DNA from: an uncultured Opitutaceae bacterium
GTDB taxonomy: Bacteria; Verrucomicrobiota; Verrucomicrobiia; Opitutales; Opitutaceae
Direction of reading: 5' to 3'
Assembly: GCA_964565475.1 (NCBI GenBank)
Contig: CAZMFB010000011.1
Coordinates: 12,137 to 76,136, forward strand
Length of the DNA: 64,000 nt
The position numbers and the translations under genes are program-made. Under the pieces are notes generated by a model that was not told where the DNA came from, did no database searches, and saw only the letters and a program-made list of their open reading frames with translations. Of this stretch, positions 62,186 through 64,000 are shown in pieces; position 1 is the first letter of the stretch, and each line of letters starts with the position of its first letter.

Positions 62186-62761
62186 GTGAGGATCACCGGA
62201 GGCAGGGCAAAAGGCATACCGTTGGTTCTGCCAAAAGGGGACGCGGTAAGGCCCGCCACGGATGCGATGCGGCAGGCGGTGTTTTCAAGCCTGGCGGCCG
62301 TGGTGCCCGGCGCGGTTTTCTGGGATATGTTCGCCGGCAGCGGTGCCTACGGACTGGAGGCGCTGAGCCGGGGCGCGACGGGCGGTATTTTTGTGGAGGC
62401 GAACGCCAAGGCGCTGACATGCGTTCGCACCAACCTCGCCGCCGTGGCGAAGAGTCTGGGCGTCGAGGGGGACTGCGCGCGGGTGGTGCAGGCGGATGCG
62501 ACCAAGGGGGCCTGGATCGGCGGCCCGGTGCCGGACCTGGTGTTCGTGGATCCGCCGTATGAGATCATCGAGGGAGTTGCACCGCAGTTGTTCGGGATGT
62601 TTGATGAATCGCTCGCAGCGAACCCGGATGCACTCGTCGTGTTCGAGATGCCCGGTGAAACGGAGCTCGCACCATCTGGCTGGGAATTGATCAAGCGTCT
62701 GGGCAAAGGCGCCCGGCAGCCGACGGCGTGCTTCTACCGGAAGGCGCGCGGCCCGGGCTAG
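62186..62761 (+). CDS. rsmD: 16S rRNA m2G966 methyltransferase
   Basis: MRITGG, RPATD, DMFAGSGAYGLEALSRGA, VFVDPPY. Confidence 0.93.
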   Translation: MRITGGRAKGIPLVLPKGDAVRPATDAMRQAVFSSLAAVVPGAVFWDMFAGSGAYGLEALSRGATGGIFVEANAKALTCVRTNLAAVAKSLGVEGDCARVVQADATKGAWIGGPVPDLVFVDPPYEIIEGVAPQLFGMFDESLAANPDALVVFEMPGETELAPSGWELIKRLGKGARQPTACFYRKARGPG

Positions 62762-63489
62762 GGCTCACCTGTCTTGGCACGGATCAGCGAGAGGGCGGCG
62801 ACCACGGCGGTCTCGGTGCGCAGGACGCGGCGGCCGAGATGCGCAAAGCGGAATTGCCGGCGGCGCAGCGCCTCCCGGTCGCGCTGGGTCCAGCCGCGCT
62901 CGGGTCCGATTGCAATGGCTACGCCCCGCTGCGGGGGCACCGCGACATCGGCCAAGCGCTCCGAGGCCTCGTAGTTGTCCAAGGCCAGGCAGATGGATTC
63001 CGGGGCCAGAGCCGCGAGGGCGGCGAAGGCGGCTTCAAGGGTGTCACCTGACCGCACCTCGGGCATAAAGGTGCTGCCGGCCTGCTCGGCGCCGGCGAGC
63101 ACGTGCTGTTTCCATTCGCCGGTGGACCAGAGTCTGCTGGCGGCATAGCTGGGTTCGCTGCGTTCGGTGGCGACAAACCAGAGCGCCGTGGCGCCGAGCG
63201 TGGTGGCGTCGCGGAGAATGTCCCGCGCGGTCTGCGGACGGGGCAGGCCCACGATCAATGTGTGCGAATGCGGCGTGGGTGGGGCGATGGTGTCCCAGAC
63301 AAAACCGAGGTGCAGCGCCTCGGGGGCGTCGTGCACGAGCGTGGCCTTGCCGAGCGGTCCATTGACCAGCCCGACTTGGAAGGAGTCACCGGGTTTCCGT
63401 CGCAGGACTTTCAAGATGTGGGCGGCGCGACGGTCTGCGCGGGGCAGGGGCCGGGCGATTTCGTCGGGCGAGAAGAGGACGAGATTCAA
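62758..63489 (-). CDS. rsmE: 16S rRNA m3U1498 methyltransferase
   Basis: HILKVLR, AEQA, IGPERGW, LGRRVLRTETA; TTG start. Confidence 0.93.
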   Translation of the reverse strand: MNLVLFSPDEIARPLPRADRRAAHILKVLRRKPGDSFQVGLVNGPLGKATLVHDAPEALHLGFVWDTIAPPTPHSHTLIVGLPRPQTARDILRDATTLGATALWFVATERSEPSYAASRLWSTGEWKQHVLAGAEQAGSTFMPEVRSGDTLEAAFAALAALAPESICLALDNYEASERLADVAVPPQRGVAIAIGPERGWTQRDREALRRRQFRFAHLGRRVLRTETAVVAALSLIRAKTGEP

Positions 63490-63509
63490 GGGGAAACAAT
63501 CAAGAGGCG

Positions 63510-63618
63510 GCCTTACTTCGCTCTTCGAGCTACATAGGGCATGCTTCGCATTCGATGGCGCTAATGATTAAAATATTTGGGCTGGCTGCGCCATGCGTAG
63601 CTGCGCCGCAGCGAAGCA
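63510..63618 (-). repeat. Structured element abutting the tRNA-Gly 3' end; homologous to 12836-12959
   Basis: Two internal-loop hairpins, 10-bp inverted repeat 63540-63549/63611-63620, shared GCGCCATGCGTAGC. Confidence 0.85.
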
Positions 63619-63692
63619 TGGTGCGGGCAGACGGAATCGAACCGTCGACACCTGCTTGGAAGGCAGAGGTTTTACCACTAAACTATGCCCGC
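63619..63692 (-). tRNA. tRNA-Gly(TCC), CCA encoded
   Basis: GCGGGCA/TGCCCGC acceptor stem, anticodon loop CTTCCAA, GGTTCGATTCC T arm. Confidence 0.96.
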
Positions 63693-63807
63693 GGGAGCGG
63701 CGCGTAGCCTGTGTCGGCCGCAGGGCGCGGCAAGCTTTTGTTAAGTGCAAGCCCGGGGCGAGAAAGGGGTTGCGGGAGGGCGGGCCATGCGCTTTAACCG
63801 GCGCACT

Positions 63808-64000
63808 ATGGCGACCCCCCAAGCTGGCAAGGCTCAGTCCAACGTCAAAGCGGCGCAAGCGATGGCCAAGCAGAAGGCCCTCGAGAAGAAATCAAAGACC
63901 TACAAGCTGCCGCTCGGCGAACTGGCGCTGTTCACCAACCAGCTGGCCTCGTTGCTGCAGGCCGGCCTGCCCCTGGTCTCGTGCTTGGAAGCCCTGCAAG
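63808..64000 (+). CDS. pilC: Type II secretion F family/PilC protein, 3'-truncated by the window edge
   Basis: Manual translation: ELALFTNQLASLLQAGLPLVSCLEALQ. Confidence 0.85.
   Translation, partial: MATPQAGKAQSNVKAAQAMAKQKALEKKSKTYKLPLGELALFTNQLASLLQAGLPLVSCLEALQ

Overview
High-GC bacterial chromosome segment; gene content and TonB-receptor style suggest Verrucomicrobiota/Opitutaceae (inference only). It is mostly housekeeping and catabolic genes: prepilin peptidase, ygfZ, mdh, a beta-oxidation cluster, tmRNA, two MFS paralogs, putA, an ECF sigma/anti-sigma/RDD operon, purEK, an FHA-cyclase/TolB-like/Ser-Thr kinase cluster, fahA, two tandem TonB receptors plus an S9 peptidase, tal, a CCA/poly(A)-type nucleotidyltransferase, rplM-rpsI, argCJBDF and argG, an Mla/MCE operon, rsmD, rsmE, tRNA-Gly(TCC) and the start of pilC. 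I saw no CRISPR, integrase, transposase or reverse transcriptase. The unusual signal lies in the gene junctions. (1) A ~110-125 bp structured element is fused to the 3' end of both tmRNA and tRNA-Gly, with compensatory base changes; the tmRNA copy is followed by a hairpin-flanked GIY-YIG nuclease gene. (2) The last 20 codons of putA are duplicated with 16 differences, all synonymous, and the copies are separated by the same hairpin family. (3) The last 18 codons of purK are duplicated around a two-gene cassette. (4) Several other palindromic or periodic repeat families occupy junctions between 12.5 and 28 kb. Together these suggest a hairpin-associated micro-mobility process that preserves gene ends (hypothesis).
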